Below are positions 27,513 through 39,960 of a DNA stretch of 64,000 bases, one piece after another (the stretch's first letter is position 1; each line of letters starts with the position of its first letter). This stretch comes from Octopus sinensis (lineage: Eukaryota). Location of the stretch: positions 22,878,001 to 22,942,000 of the forward strand of contig NC_043016.1 of assembly GCF_006345805.1 (NCBI RefSeq), read 5' to 3'. Both the position numbers and the translations under genes were made by a program. The notes under the pieces are model-generated. The model searched no databases. It was not told where the DNA came from and saw only the letters and a list, made by a program, of their open reading frames with translations.

Positions 27513-28142
27513 ATGTAGGCTAGTTAACATTAGACTATGAATTAGATTTAATTTTTAAGGGCAAAAAGAAAAATTAATGAGTAGAAAGTTAAAGGCAATA
27601 TAGATTTATTAAATTTTCTAAATTTCTAAATTTATAAGCCCCAAAAATCTATAAAATTCATAATGACATACTATATATTAGGTCTAAGTGATTGTAAATA
27701 CACAATGATGCAGATATATGTTCCTACCCACATATCAATTAAGATAGTATGCTGGCAATATAATTAAAGGATAATAATATGGTCCAGTATAAACAAGCAG
27801 GAAAATTGCAACTAGGAGCATGGTATGCAAGAATAGTAAAAATTAAAGCCATTTAATTGAGTTAGATTAGATCAGGTTATATTATATATATATATTTATT
27901 TTAATCTTCTAATTATTCTAATCAATTTACTTGTTGTACAAGATCCAACATAATTTTAGTATAGACAATTAGGAAGAATGATATTGAGTGCAAGTTATTG
28001 AATTAGAGTAAATATTTTCAATATGGGATAATTTATGTAAAAGAATACATAATTTCTACATAAAACTCCCACACTAGAAAGGGTTATAGAATAGGTTTAT
28101 AATGTAGGAAAGATATATGGATGGATTGGGGGCATTTTCTTC

Positions 28143-28577
28143 TTAATACCTCAAATTTATTGATAAGGTTGTTCTGACACTGCAGAATTTCATAAGCATC
28201 CAAACAATTAAGGGTGCAACCACAATGATGACTGACACAAGGCTTGGCATATCTAATATTTTACAATTAATGTGCATTGCCTTCAGTTCACATATTTTAG
28301 CCACAAAAGAAATTGATGTAGCTATATCCTTTCCTCTAAAAGTATGTATCTGGTTATATAATCTAGACTTAAAGCATCTCAAAGTATCACCTATGTAAAT
28401 AAAGACATTATTTGCAATAATAACAGTACATTTGTAAATCATATTTTTAGTTAAGAATTTATTACCTAGGGGACATTCATTTAATCTTCTACAATTACAA
28501 AACCCTCTCTTTCTCAGTGGGAAATTACGATATAATGCATAGTCAGTATTACCAACCATTGTAGTTATTACTTGCAT
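28143..28577 (-). mobile_element. Penelope-like element remnant, GIY-YIG endonuclease region
   Basis: CNCRRLNECPLGNK..TKNMIYKCTV...YIGDTLRCFKSRLYNQ: Cys-rich linker followed by IYK...YIG, the typical PLE GIY-YIG layout. Confidence 0.8.
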
Positions 28578-28719
28578 AGTTTACATTAACATTTATGAAT
28601 GTCAAATTAACAGGTGTGATGTCTCCCATCGGTTGCATACTTGTAACTAATACAGTTGTATGTGTTAGAAAGGTTTGTGTTACTATTACTTTTACCATTC
28701 TCATCACAGTTATTATAAC

Positions 28720-29262
28720 TAGCTTGATATTGAGCGGGAGAGCAGTGCATATTATCAAAGTGACACTGGGGTAAAATATACGAAGCCCAGCAAATCCATC
28801 ATGACTACCTGTCTGGTAAGAGTACACCAGGCACATGCATCACAACTACATGTGCGTGACATGGTGACTTTATACCAAGATAACAGCACATGACCTTGCA
28901 GTGGGGCCCAGTTAAATTTTTCTTCAGGTTGAGTAGCCCATCCAACTCAAAAGGTCCCTGAAAAAGGATTGTTTGAGGATGTTGAACAAAACACCCATGT
29001 TTCCAAAGGTGAATTATCCAAACCTCTAAGAATTCCTTTCAACACATGGCTATGATGCTCCCCCAATACTTCTGCTCATGATCAGTAAGGGACATGCTCA
29101 ACTGGTTACGGTCAAACAACTGACAAGCGAATCTGTGGTATTGAGCAGAATATTTGCTGTAGCCCATCTTTTATACAAAGACAAAGCAATGTACATGATA
29201 ACACTTCCAATCAGTTAAGATCAGAAGCCATGAGAGTCACTGTCTGGTACTGCATCAGGGCT
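28720..29262 (-). repeat. Unclassified interspersed repeat adjoining (AAT)n (copy 2)
   Basis: Colinear with 13375-13865. Confidence 0.8.
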
Positions 29263-29264
29263 TA

Positions 29265-29270
29265 TTATTG

Positions 29271-29301
<31 letters not shown>

Positions 29302-30075
29302 ATTATTATTATTATTATTATTATCATTCAACATTTGGTAGTTTGTGGCAAATTTTTATTGCATCACCTGCTACACTTCTGTGTTGCTAGGGTGTGTGCA
29401 GCATTGTGTTCTTTTCTGTTGTTGGTAGTGTGCAAACACTTCCTGGTATTGTAGTGCATCAGTTTCTTTTTTTTTCTTCTTTTCTTTGGTGTGGTGCAGT
29501 CTTTTGTTGTATTAGTGTTTGTATTGTATGTTGTGTGTGTAATGTGTTGGGTATCCAGCTTGCTGGTGGTAGTTTATTTCATTGGATATTTGCTGTAAAG
29601 AGTGTGTCTGGTGTTTGTGGATTGTTTTGTTTAGGTTGTATTATTGAATTGATAGTGCCTTGTGTAGGATGTGGGCTCTTTGCTGCAGAGCTATTTTTGC
29701 TATTTTGGGAATAGTGCATAGTGTTGAGGATTCAGGTGTAGCTTCTACATTTTTATTCATATGTTTTTTATCATACCTAATGCTCCGGATATTACTGGTA
29801 TTGTTTTCACCTTCATGCTCATCATTGTGAATACTTCAATTTCGAGGTCTTTGTACTTTGACAATTTCTCCGCTTCTGTTTGAACAATATTTTTGTCAGA
29901 AGGGACTGCAATGTCTATCAGTAAGCAGGTGTTTTTTTTCTAATCCTTAATTATGATGTCTGAGTGATTAGTTTTTATTTCTTTGTCAAATTGAACAGGC
30001 ATATCCCAGATGATTGTGACCTGGTTGTTGTCTTGTACCATGTTTGGCACATGTTTATACCATTTATTGTCAGTT
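29265..30075 (-). mobile_element. R4/Dong-like retrotransposon 3' end (REL endonuclease, 3' UTR, (AAT)n)
   Basis: KWYKHVP...IIWDMPVQFDKEIKTNHSDIII...CLLIDIAVPSD...EKLSKYKDL...IPVISGALG...AHILHKALS, followed by a UTR that ends in (AAT)n. Confidence 0.8.
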
Positions 30076-30254
30076 TTTATGTTGTAGTGTTGGCATAACT
30101 ATGTACTCAGTTGTGTCTGCATATATATTCAGATTTGCCAAGGACTGGACAGTCAGAGATGATAATAATAAACTGAATATATTCATAGACACAATAGAGT
30201 AGCGCAATGCATCCATTGGAATATATGTAAACACTACCAGTTTCCAACTCCAGA

Positions 30255-30750
30255 AAGATGGTACCAGCATAAACCTGAAACTGTGACTGGAAAAGATGAT
30301 GTAACAGTACTCTAGGACATGCCAATCAACATCGATAAAAAAATCAAGGCAAACCTGCTGGACATAATCATCAAAGATAAGAAGAATAAGAAATGCTTAA
30401 TGATAGATGTGACATTACCATCAGAGAGAAATGTGTCCATTAAAGAAGTTAAGAAGTTATTAAAAAGTACAAAGACCTAGAAATAGAAGTGACCAGGATG
30501 TAGGGAATGAAAAGCAGCACAGCACCAGTGGTAATTGGAGTGTTAGGGCTAATTAAAAAGGGCCTTGATAAGCAGCTCAACAAACTCCCTTGTAGTGTTA
30601 CCGTGGGAGAACTTCAGAAAATAGTGTTGCTAGGTTCCGCACACATTTTATGCTGTGTACTCTCCATGAGATGAGGACCTGCTGTGACCCTAGGGTCAAG
30701 GGATGACCCCGGTTCAGCAGAAGACAACGGACCATATTTTATTTTAAAAC

Positions 30751-30786
<36 letters not shown>

Positions 30787-30788
30787 TA

Positions 30789-30790
<2 letters not shown>
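30255..30790 (+). mobile_element. Second, divergent R4/Dong-like 3' end
   Basis: WYQHKPETV...DMPINIDKKIKANLLDIII...CLMIDVTLPSE...KYKDLEIE...PVVIGVLG...LQKIVLLGSAHIL, then a short UTR and (AAT)n. Confidence 0.8.
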
Positions 30791-30819
<29 letters not shown>

Positions 30820-30830
30820 TATTATTATTA

Positions 30831-30863
<33 letters not shown>

Positions 30864-31048
30864 GTAGTAGTAGTAGTAGTAGTAGTAGTAGCAGCAGCAG
30901 CAATAGTACAGCAGTGTTAGCAGTGATAAAGTAACAGTAACAATAATACTGCTTTAAGGTTAATGGCATGACTGTTTCTATTATCATCAACATCGCTATG
31001 AACATTGTTACCTTCATCTGAGCCATTAATCACATGGTTATGGTTATA

Positions 31049-31282
31049 GGCGGCGAACTGGCAGAATCGTTAGCACGCCGGGCAAAATGCGTAGCCATAT
31101 TTCGTCTGCCGTTACGTTCTGAGTTCAAATTCCGCTGAGGTCGACTTTGCCTTTCATCCTTCCGGGGTCGATAAATTAAGTACCAGTTACGCACTGGGGT
31201 CGATGCAATCGACTTAATCCATTTGTCTGTCCTTGTTTGTCCCCTCTGTGTTTAGCCCCTTGTGGGTAGTAAAGAAATAGGT
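31049..31282 (+). mobile_element. SINE family B, best-preserved copy
   Basis: ggcggcgaactggcagaatcgttagcacgccgg...gagttcaaattcc (B box)...gcctttcatccttccggggtcgataaattaagtaccag. CpGs are retained. Confidence 0.85.
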
Positions 31283-31974
31283 TATGGTTTGGATCAATCA
31301 AAGAAAAGTTATGATTAGAATTTAGCACCAGAGGAGTGCAAAAATGTTCAGCTCCATCATTCAAGATATACAAATGGGATTATGCTTTCAGGCGGATGAC
31401 TAGGGGCTGTATTTATAATTGCATCATCATTGTATTTATCAAAGATGAGTATATAAGCTTATGATAATTAAAAGTGGTAAAATTACCAGCCAAATTAGGT
31501 GTGGTAGAGAAAAAGAGCCTAGAGAAGTCTTTGTTAAAGGTCTTCCTATACTTGTTGGAAGGAAGGAAATGTCATTCTAAGGACTTAAAGAGTTATTTAG
31601 CTAATGCATAACATCATTAATATTGCATAAGCAGGATTATATGACAAGTTACCTTTATGCAAATGACAGATGGTACTCTATGGTCAAGAATAGGAAAAAC
31701 TACCTATGTTATTGTTGATTTGTGTGTGATGTTAACTGTAGTGTTTGTAGGTGGTACGAATGTTGGAGCTAATTTGGGGGAAGCTTACAGTATGAGTACC
31801 TAAGTTGTCTAGAGTTATTCAGTGTATGTATGACATTAGATATATTACTGTTCATAGAGTTATAGCATCTATTATATATTAGTTGCATTCATAAATTGAC
31901 GGACATAGATTACTGCACAAGAATTAAGTTACTTTTCTATGTGTGTTTATACCTGTACTGTGTATATGTATGCA

Positions 31975-32061
<87 letters not shown>

Positions 32062-32504
32062 ATTCATGTATTTTGATATCATAAGAATTTATAAACTTTT
32101 GAAAGAATATGAAATAATTCTTTTTCAGAACTGAATCTCAAAGTATGTAAATGCTATAGATAATACTTTCTATTAAAAGTATAAGGCCTGAAATTTTAGG
32201 GGAAGGAGCTAGTCAATTACATTGACCCCAGTGCACTTAACTGATAATTATTTCATCAACTCTGAAAGGATGAAAGGCAAAGTTGACTTTTGGTGAACTT
32301 GAACCCAGAACACAACGACAGACAAAATTTTCTAAGCATTTTCTCCAGTGTGTTATAGGTTCTGCCAGCTCATCACTTTTATGCTTGCTATAAAATGATA
32401 GCATGCAAATATTGGGGTGGAAAATCCTTTTATATGGAAAAGTCAAAGGTGACCCATAAGATGCAAACCTACATCTTCTATAGTCATGTCTCCAGGAGAT
32501 GGGA

Positions 32505-32557
<53 letters not shown>

Positions 32558-32618
32558 GAAATGAGGTACTCAGAAATTCGGATTGTTTTATATTTACAGA
32601 TATTTATTTGTATATTAC

Positions 32619-32677
<59 letters not shown>

Positions 32678-32769
32678 GTACTGATCTGTGATAGAAAATT
32701 CAACAAAAAAGTACTTCATCTGGTGAGAGATAAATATTATCTATTTGAAGGTCACAATACATGTATAAA

Positions 32770-32823
32770 GCACTACTAATAGTTTCATATGTTGAGAAAA
32801 CTTCAGACATATTCTTCAGGTAC
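32770..32823 (-). ncRNA. Minimal type I hammerhead ribozyme motif in the PLE 3' terminal region
   Basis: GUAC-CUGAAGA-AUAUGU[14 nt]ACAUAU-GAA-ACUA U UAGU-A-GUGC. Core boxes are intact, stem II is 6 bp, stem III is short and self-complementary, and the cleavage triplet is GUA. Confidence 0.65.
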
Positions 32824-33748
32824 AAACCACATGTCATAACAAGCTAAAAAAATTGAATGGTAGAAGAAACACGAAAAATTGAGAAGGCGGCATATAGAAA
32901 ACACAGAAGGTAAAAAACAGAAAACACAAAAACTAAAATATCAAAAAATAAAAAGTAAAAAGTAGAAATGTATATGAGCTACCCTCCTTAGACCTTAAAT
33001 GATAAGGCTGGAAAGATATCAAGACAGTCATGAATAGGTAGAATTTTTCAATTCTTCAAAATATATTGATACATATGCATGCAACCACAGAAAATTTCTG
33101 ACATAGAGTTCAGTAGAAAGTTAGGGATCTCAGATCTGAAAAGGATCTGCACTCTTTCAGCCAAACAAATCTTCCATTTATTCGATCCATTCTCATAAGT
33201 TATGGGTTTCTCAATTACTTTCCATTTAATAAAATGTGTTTTGTTATCTTTCAAAGTCCATACATATCTAACCGACTTAATAACTTTACTTTTGTCTCTA
33301 TGCCAGAAGGAAGCTATGTGATTGGCATAGTGATTTTTAAATTCACCTTCACATAATCCAATGTAGGTCTTCTTATCAGTTGTATTATTATTTAGGGTTG
33401 CAGTAAACTCTGCCTTATAAATGGTAGATTTAATCATACATCATTGGTCAAGTAGACAGAATCCTGGGTTGTGACAGTTGCAACTGGATTTAGGCTCTTG
33501 ATATTGACCACATGTAATGATACTCTTCATACTGGGACAACAGCTATATTATAATTTCACAGAATGCCTATTAAATATTTTCCTGTATCTGTGAGCTGCT
33601 GGAAAGTATTTGTCTAGGAGAGACAGGAATATTTTACCTATGTTAGTTTTTATATTAAGGGAAAATGGAGAGGCAAACCAAATAAATTTCCTTGGCCTAT
33701 TTTTAGGTTTCTTATTATTATTCTGATTAATACTAGAATGTTTATATA

Positions 33749-34993
33749 TTGGGTCGTCCCATGAATAATGTGGTTTTTACAGTTGCATGAACTTGCTATA
33801 AAAGCAGGTAGTAATTTTACTTTGTCCTTATTCTTAGTGCAAGTTTTGAGGAGTGCAGTTTGATTTTAACAGTTATCTTTTCAAAGCTATAATGGAAGTG
33901 ACAAAAGAGCATATTCGGTATATTTTGATTTATGAGTTCAATAAAGGCAACAATGCAATGGAAAGTGCAAGGAATATTAATGCACAATATGGGGATTGGA
34001 CAATAAGCATAAGCTAGTTTCAATGGTGGTTCCAGAAATTCTGAGCCGGAAACTACAGCCTAGAAGACGAGCATTGTCTTGGAAGATTTGTAGAGCTCGA
34101 TGAGGATGTCCTTAAAACCCTGGTGGAACAAAATCCCATCATAACTGTTGTGGAACCACAAGAGAAGCTTGGATTTCGTCATTCAACCATTTATTGACAC
34201 CTGCGTGCCATCGGAAAAGTCAGCAAATTGAGTCATTGGGTTCCTCACAAACTTTCTGAGTCTTATCGAGTGCAGAGAGTAAATGTGTACTCTTCTTTGC
34301 TGTGACATCTCATGAATGAACCGTTTTTGGACTAAATAGTGACTGGTGATGAGAAATGGGTTCTATATAAAAATGTCAAGCACCGAAGACAGTGGGTAGG
34401 GAAAGAAGAAACACCAGTACTCTAGGCTAAAGGTCTTCACCTACATAAGGTGTTATCTGTTTGGTGGGTGGGATATGAAAGGTTTAGTCCAATTTGAACT
34501 TTTGAACCCAAACCGAATGATAACAAAGGAGATCTACTGTGAGCAGCTTGAGCTGCTTAAGTCAATGCTAGAAGAAAAATGACCATCTTGGTTTCAAGAC
34601 GAAAGGTATTCTTCCATAAAGATAATGCTCAGCCACATACAGTAAGGATGACATTCCAAAGGTTGGAGTAGTTTGAATGGGAAACAATGCCTCACCCACC
34701 ATATTCACTGGACATTGTCCCATCTGATTATAATTTATTCTGCAGTCTTCAAAATCATTTGGATGGAGAAAGTAGGAATGCTGTAGATGAGGTCAGATCA
34801 GTACTGGAGAAGTATTTTTTTATCACAGACAAGTGAATTTTGGAAGAGGGGCTGTGCAAGTCCACCAGATAGATGGAAGAACATTGCAGAAAATGAAGGA
34901 GAGTATATTTTAGATTAAAAAAGAACTTAGTTTATCTTAATTTTGAAAAATAAAAGAAGTTTGAAAAAACACATTATATATGGGATGACCCAA
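33749..34993 (+). mobile_element. Full-length but inactivated mariner element with TA TSD
   Basis: TIRs ttgggtcgtcccatgaataatgtggttttt / aaaaaacacattatatatgggatgacccaa. The transposase at 33892-34918 has WVPHKL, TGDEKW, DNAQPH and PPYSLDIVPSDY motifs and multiple stops. Confidence 0.92.
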
Positions 34994-35600
34994 TAATACG
35001 TTACCTTTGATGCCACTAGATCTATTATTAATGTTTTGATTATTATTAGAGGAATTATATATTAATTTATCTTTGAAGTCACTATTAGCCAGGGCCTTGT
35101 TATAATAGATGCAGTTTTCTCGAAAATTTCTTTAGAAGAAGAGAGGTTAGACATTCTGTTACTAATATTAGCTTTCAGGTTTTTAAATATTACAGGACTG
35201 TTTATATATATATGCAAGTTTCTCATTAGGCTTATGGAAAGGTTCATATGAAGAGGAGTTTAGATCTAGGGAAACATCTAAATAATCAACTATAGACAGA
35301 TTATTAACTACTGTAATTTTAAGGCCTAATTGATTAAAGGTAGAAATAAGTTGCTTTCTATCTTTCTCAAGAGTGTGACCATCACACCCATGGGAAATAC
35401 CCAAACTGTCATCATGGCATAGGCCAATATCATGAGATGGGTATCTATATCTCCATATTTTTAATATAAATAAACTTACAAGATCACAGACATTGGCACT
35501 ATCATATGACAACATAGATACATCAAATAGTTCGTCACTACGTGACTTTTTTACTCATGCTAATCCTTTACTGAACAATAATGTTTTCCTTGCATGCCTG

Positions 35601-36545
35601 ATAAAATCTAGGTCTACGTATGGACTTTGAAAGATAACAAAACACCACATATGATTAAATGGAAAGTAATTTGAAGAACCTACAGCTTATGTGAATGGAT
35701 CAAATAAATGTAGGCTTTGTTTGGCTGTAAAAGTGCAGATCCTGTTCAGATCCAAGATCCCTATCTCTCTATTGAACTCTGTGTCAGACATTTTCTGTGG
35801 TTGTATGCCTACTCTCTTTACTCTTTTACTTGTTTCAGTCATTTGACTGTGGCCATGCTGGAGCACTGCCTTTAGTCGAGCAAATCGACCCCAGGACTTA
35901 TTCTTTGTAAGCCTAGCACTTATTCTATTGGTTTCTTTTGCTGAACCACTAAGTTACGAGGACGTAAACACACCAGCATCGGTTGTCAAGCAATGTTGGA
36001 GGGACAGACAAAGTCACACAAATACACACACACATACATATACATATATACGACAAGCTTCTTTCAGTTTCCGTCTACCAAATCCACTCACAAGGCTTTG
36101 GTCGGCCCGAGGCTATAGTTGAAGACACTTGCCCAAAGTGCCACGCAGTGGGACTGAACCCGGAACCATGTGGTTGGTAAGCAAGCTACTACCATACAGC
36201 TACTCCTGTGCCTATGTATCAAAATATTTTGAAAAATTGGAAAATTCTACCTATTCCTTACTGACTTGATATCTTTCAAGCTTTATCATTTAAGGTCTAA
36301 GGAGGATAGCTCTTTTACCTTTTTACTTTTAATTTTTACATTTTAGTTTGTTTTTTTTTCTGTCATTTACTTTCTGTGTTTTCCATATGCTGCCTTCTGG
36401 ATTTCTTTGTGTTTCTTCTATTATTCAATTTTTTTAGTTCATTATATGTGGTTTGCGCCTGAAGAATATGCCTGAGTTTTCTAAATGCAAAGAAGTATTA
36501 GTAGCACTTAAAAACATGTATTGTGTCCTTTCAATAAATAATATA
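35601..36545 (+). mobile_element. Inverted duplicate of the PLE 3' end (GIY-YIG C-terminus plus 3' terminal region), with a SINE inserted
   Basis: 35610-35808 and 36214-36545 align with the reverse complement of about 33290-32730 (atggactttgaaagataacaaaacac...aaaattctacctatt...cctgaagaatatg). Confidence 0.85.
35809..36213 (-). mobile_element. SINE family A inserted in the inverted PLE copy
   Basis: Full tail-to-head SINE. The PLE sequence rejoins across it (ggttgtatgc...tatgtatcaaaatatttt). Confidence 0.9.
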
Positions 36546-36558
36546 TATATATGTTTAT

Positions 36559-39500
36559 CAGTGGCGTGAGGTGACTTCCGGCGTTGGGCATGAAATGAAT
36601 TTCATTGCCACCACCCTCACCCCCACCAGCAATTTTTCAGTAAAACATTTTCGTATTCCTACGATTTACATATAAGAGATTCTTAATATGCAATCACCCC
36701 CGTATGACCTAGAATAAACAGCGAATAAAAAATGGCTGTGTAGAGATGAGCCTGAAATAAGTGTATTGTTTGTATTATTCTTTGCTCTTTGAAACGTCAG
36801 TACTTTCCTATCCTCATTCTCCCTTAGAAAAGTCTAAAAATCATAAGTGAAATGTAATAAAGATGAAATTGGATTCTGTCAATATTTTTGCATATTCAGA
36901 ATCTCTGTTAAAGATAGGAATCCGAAAAAAATTTTCGTGAAAATTCGTTTTTCAAAGAGGTGCGATTCTGCATTAGCCCCTATACCTATTGGTTGAGCCG
37001 AATGAAATGATTTAATTAAAAGAACACATTTAGTTACATTATATGACCATGGTTTTAGATCGTTACACTCTCGAAGACAAGTCAGGTGCTTTATCATGCT
37101 ACTTGTCAATTCCGGGAAAATTATTGACTGTTCTGAGACTTACTGAACTCCGTACATTAAAAGACTACGTCTCACGCACACACATTGAAAATACACGCAT
37201 AGACAGCGAAAATTCAACATTGTAAAAAACCTCCCAAAACTGTTGTGGCAGAAGTCAACATCTCTGAGATTGAAACAAGACACTTATTTATGGCCATAAA
37301 TAGACTACACCCAGCAGCACAGAAAGGGAAATCTATGTAGGTTAGGTTTGACGAAGAAATCGAAACATTTCTCCTGCGAAACAATACTGATGTAAGAAGG
37401 TTGAACCTTTCGTTATAACAAACACTAAGCAAAACCTGTAATATATGCTCTTTAATATATTAATTTTTTTAATGTTTTAAAATGTTATTTACCTCATTTA
37501 TAAATTAATTCAATTCTTCGATCTTTCTGGGCAAATATATCTATCATATTTTCATAGAAATCTTCTCTTTTCATCAATTCTTGAAATAAATCTTTTTCAA
37601 TTGACATTAGTGCTAACTCAGATAGTCTTCTTTCTCCTGTCGCATTTCTTTGGTATGTTTTAGTTCTACTTAATGCAGAAAAGGATTGCTCTACAGAAGC
37701 AGTGGTAGACGGAATTGTCAAAATCAACTTGCACAGATTGAAGAGTTCTGGCATAGCTTCAACAAGATCACTGCTGTTAATGTAACTCATTAAATGACTT
37801 ACACTTGATTTTTTTAAATCTTTCATTGAATACATCACATTGAGCTCACTTTGTAATCATATTACAAAGTAATCATATTACATCAAAAAATCTGCCTTAA
37901 GTTGTTCTTAAAGAATCTAAAGAGTCCACAGGAAATTGTTTGCAATACTCATCAACTTGAAATTCAAAAGTTCCATGAATTTAAACTCTTTTTAGGATGA
38001 ATATCGTGCTTTTATTCGTACTCATCAACTTGAAATTCAAAAGTTCCATGAATTTAAACTCTTTTAAGGATGAATATCGTGCTTTTATTTGGTCAACTAT
38101 TGTACTGATAATTTTGTTATAAAGCATTCTATAATGTCGTTGGGGATCAATAGATATATTCTTGGATCTCTGAATTCCGATTCCTGCATCGACTCCATAT
38201 TTTTCTCCTAACCTATCATAAAAGATTGAACAATTATCAAGTTTGTTTTCGAGTACAGTTCTAGTTTTATCTATTTGCTCTTTACAATACACGATGTCAT
38301 GACTTTTACTCTGGAGTATGTTAAATAAGACGTCAGTAAAAGAAAAAATGTCACTGAATACTTCTAACAAAAATAAGAAATCAGGAGCTTTTAAAGTGTG
38401 TAAGAATCCAATTGCTGAATTTATGGTGGTATCATCCCATGCTTCAGGATTTTCAATGATGTGTTCAAAAAGGCTGATTATGAAATTATAATTTTCCTTT
38501 GTGGTAATAATAAGACGTGAGGGGTAATTCCATCTAGTTGCTGTTGCTTTCGGAAATCTTTTTTTAACAATGTTATCTAATGCATTAGCCCTTTTCGGTG
38601 ATTTCGTAAAAAATGTACTGAGTCCGTTTATTGTAGAAAAAAATATCTTGCATTCTTTCGTAGCAGAGCATGATTGTGAAAGAACTAAATTTAGGATATG
38701 GGCACAACAATGAATAAAGATCGCACATTCATATTTCTTTCTTACTTTAGCCTGTAACCCATTTAGTTCTCCTGCCATTGTAGCGGCACCATCATATGTC
38801 TGTGCAATCAATTTGTTTCCACATTCCCATGTCTCAATGCATTTAAAAACATGTTCAGATAAAGCATTTGCAGATCGATCTGCACTAACATCACTAAAAC
38901 CAATAAATCATTCTTTTGTCACACAGTCTTCTGTAACATAACATAAAACTGTTGACAGTTGTGAAGATGCTGAGACATCAGATGTCTCATCAACAAGAAT
39001 AGAAACAAACTTAGCTTGGTCAATTTCCTTCTGCATCTCATTCAACATAACTTTATGAATTGCTTCGATCAAGTCATTTTGAATTCTGTTCGACAGACCA
39101 GTGAAGATAGAAGCTGTATCAAGATGACTTTCCATTTTTTGTCATATTTACTGATCAAATAAATGTGTTCTTTATAATTTCTACAATTATTAGAGCCTTC
39201 AGATTCAAAATGACCCCGAAACGATAATTCCTGGAGGCTTAAAAAAATAACAACATCGATCAATTGTTGCAGAATGGATCTGTTTCATCGAACTTTCTCA
39301 TTATGATGTTGTATGCTTTGATTTTTACGTGCATCTAATTGTAAGTCTATGCGAACATTTCCGAATATTTTAAGGTCTATCAAACATTTTATATGCCTTT
39401 GAGGACGCTCGTGCTTTAGCATAGCCATATGTAAATTATTTAAATCATCATAGCCTTTATCATTCCAAACATTTTTTTCTAAGCCAAAAAGTAAACACAG

Positions 39501-39960
39501 CCAACAGAATAATTTATTAAGAGCAATACTTCCAGTTAACCATTTCTTCTTTTCATACGAATTAACCTGAAATTGTCTGTGAATTTCTTGTTGTAGCTTC
39601 GCAAATTAGGTAAATTCGGTGTTGGTCTCCCACTATTTATAATTAATTATTTTCCATCGAAGTCTCTTTTCGAACAACTATTTCTCAAAATATCGTTTAT
39701 AACACACATTTCACTCATTTTGAAAAAGGCTGCTCTTATATAAGGACCCACGTGGAAGCGCTGGCGTAAATTGTAAGTCAATTTCAACAAAACGGAAAAA
39801 TACCCTTTGTTAAATTAATTTAAGATTAATTAGCTATTTCTAAAATAAGAAATATAATAAAGATTATATTTTTGTTTACAAAACACTCCAAAAATATAAT
39901 AGTGCAAACGGAGGTTTTGGATAAAAGAATTCAAACTTACATGCAAAACTTTTCCAACAA
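36559..39960 (-). mobile_element. Decayed hAT transposon (ZMYM1-like/TTF-type transposase, about 39718-37494); termini uncertain
   Basis: FRGHFES, FVSILVDETSD, AQTYDGAATMAG, IHCCAHILNLVL, ATRWN and PSTTASVEQSFS...RLSELALMSIE motifs, with stops and frameshifts. One CAGTGGCG-type end lies at 36559; no matching end or TSD was found. Confidence 0.85.

Larger units (their letters stand above)
32725..35600 (-). mobile_element. 5'-truncated Penelope-like element (RT C-terminal half, GIY-YIG, 3' terminal region) interrupted by a mariner
   Basis: RT: HARKTLLF...SYDSANVCDLVSLFIL...IGLCHDDSL...LGLKIT...VDYLDVSLDL (35183-35600). EN: CNCHNPGFC...IYKA...YIGLCEGEFKNHYANH (33048-33490). Confidence 0.85.

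Noticed and set aside
28900-28930. Hammerhead in the unclassified repeat (minus-strand CUGAAGA, also at 13592)
   Set aside because: No GAAA box or compatible stems follow it.
36455-36518. Third functional hammerhead
   Set aside because: CUGAAGA is present, but the GAAAC box and stem II pairing are mutated relative to the 32770-32823 copy.
37494-38811. Domesticated ZMYM1-like host gene
   Set aside because: It is intronless and carries a premature stop, frameshifts and a frame-breaking duplication, so it is a transposon relic.
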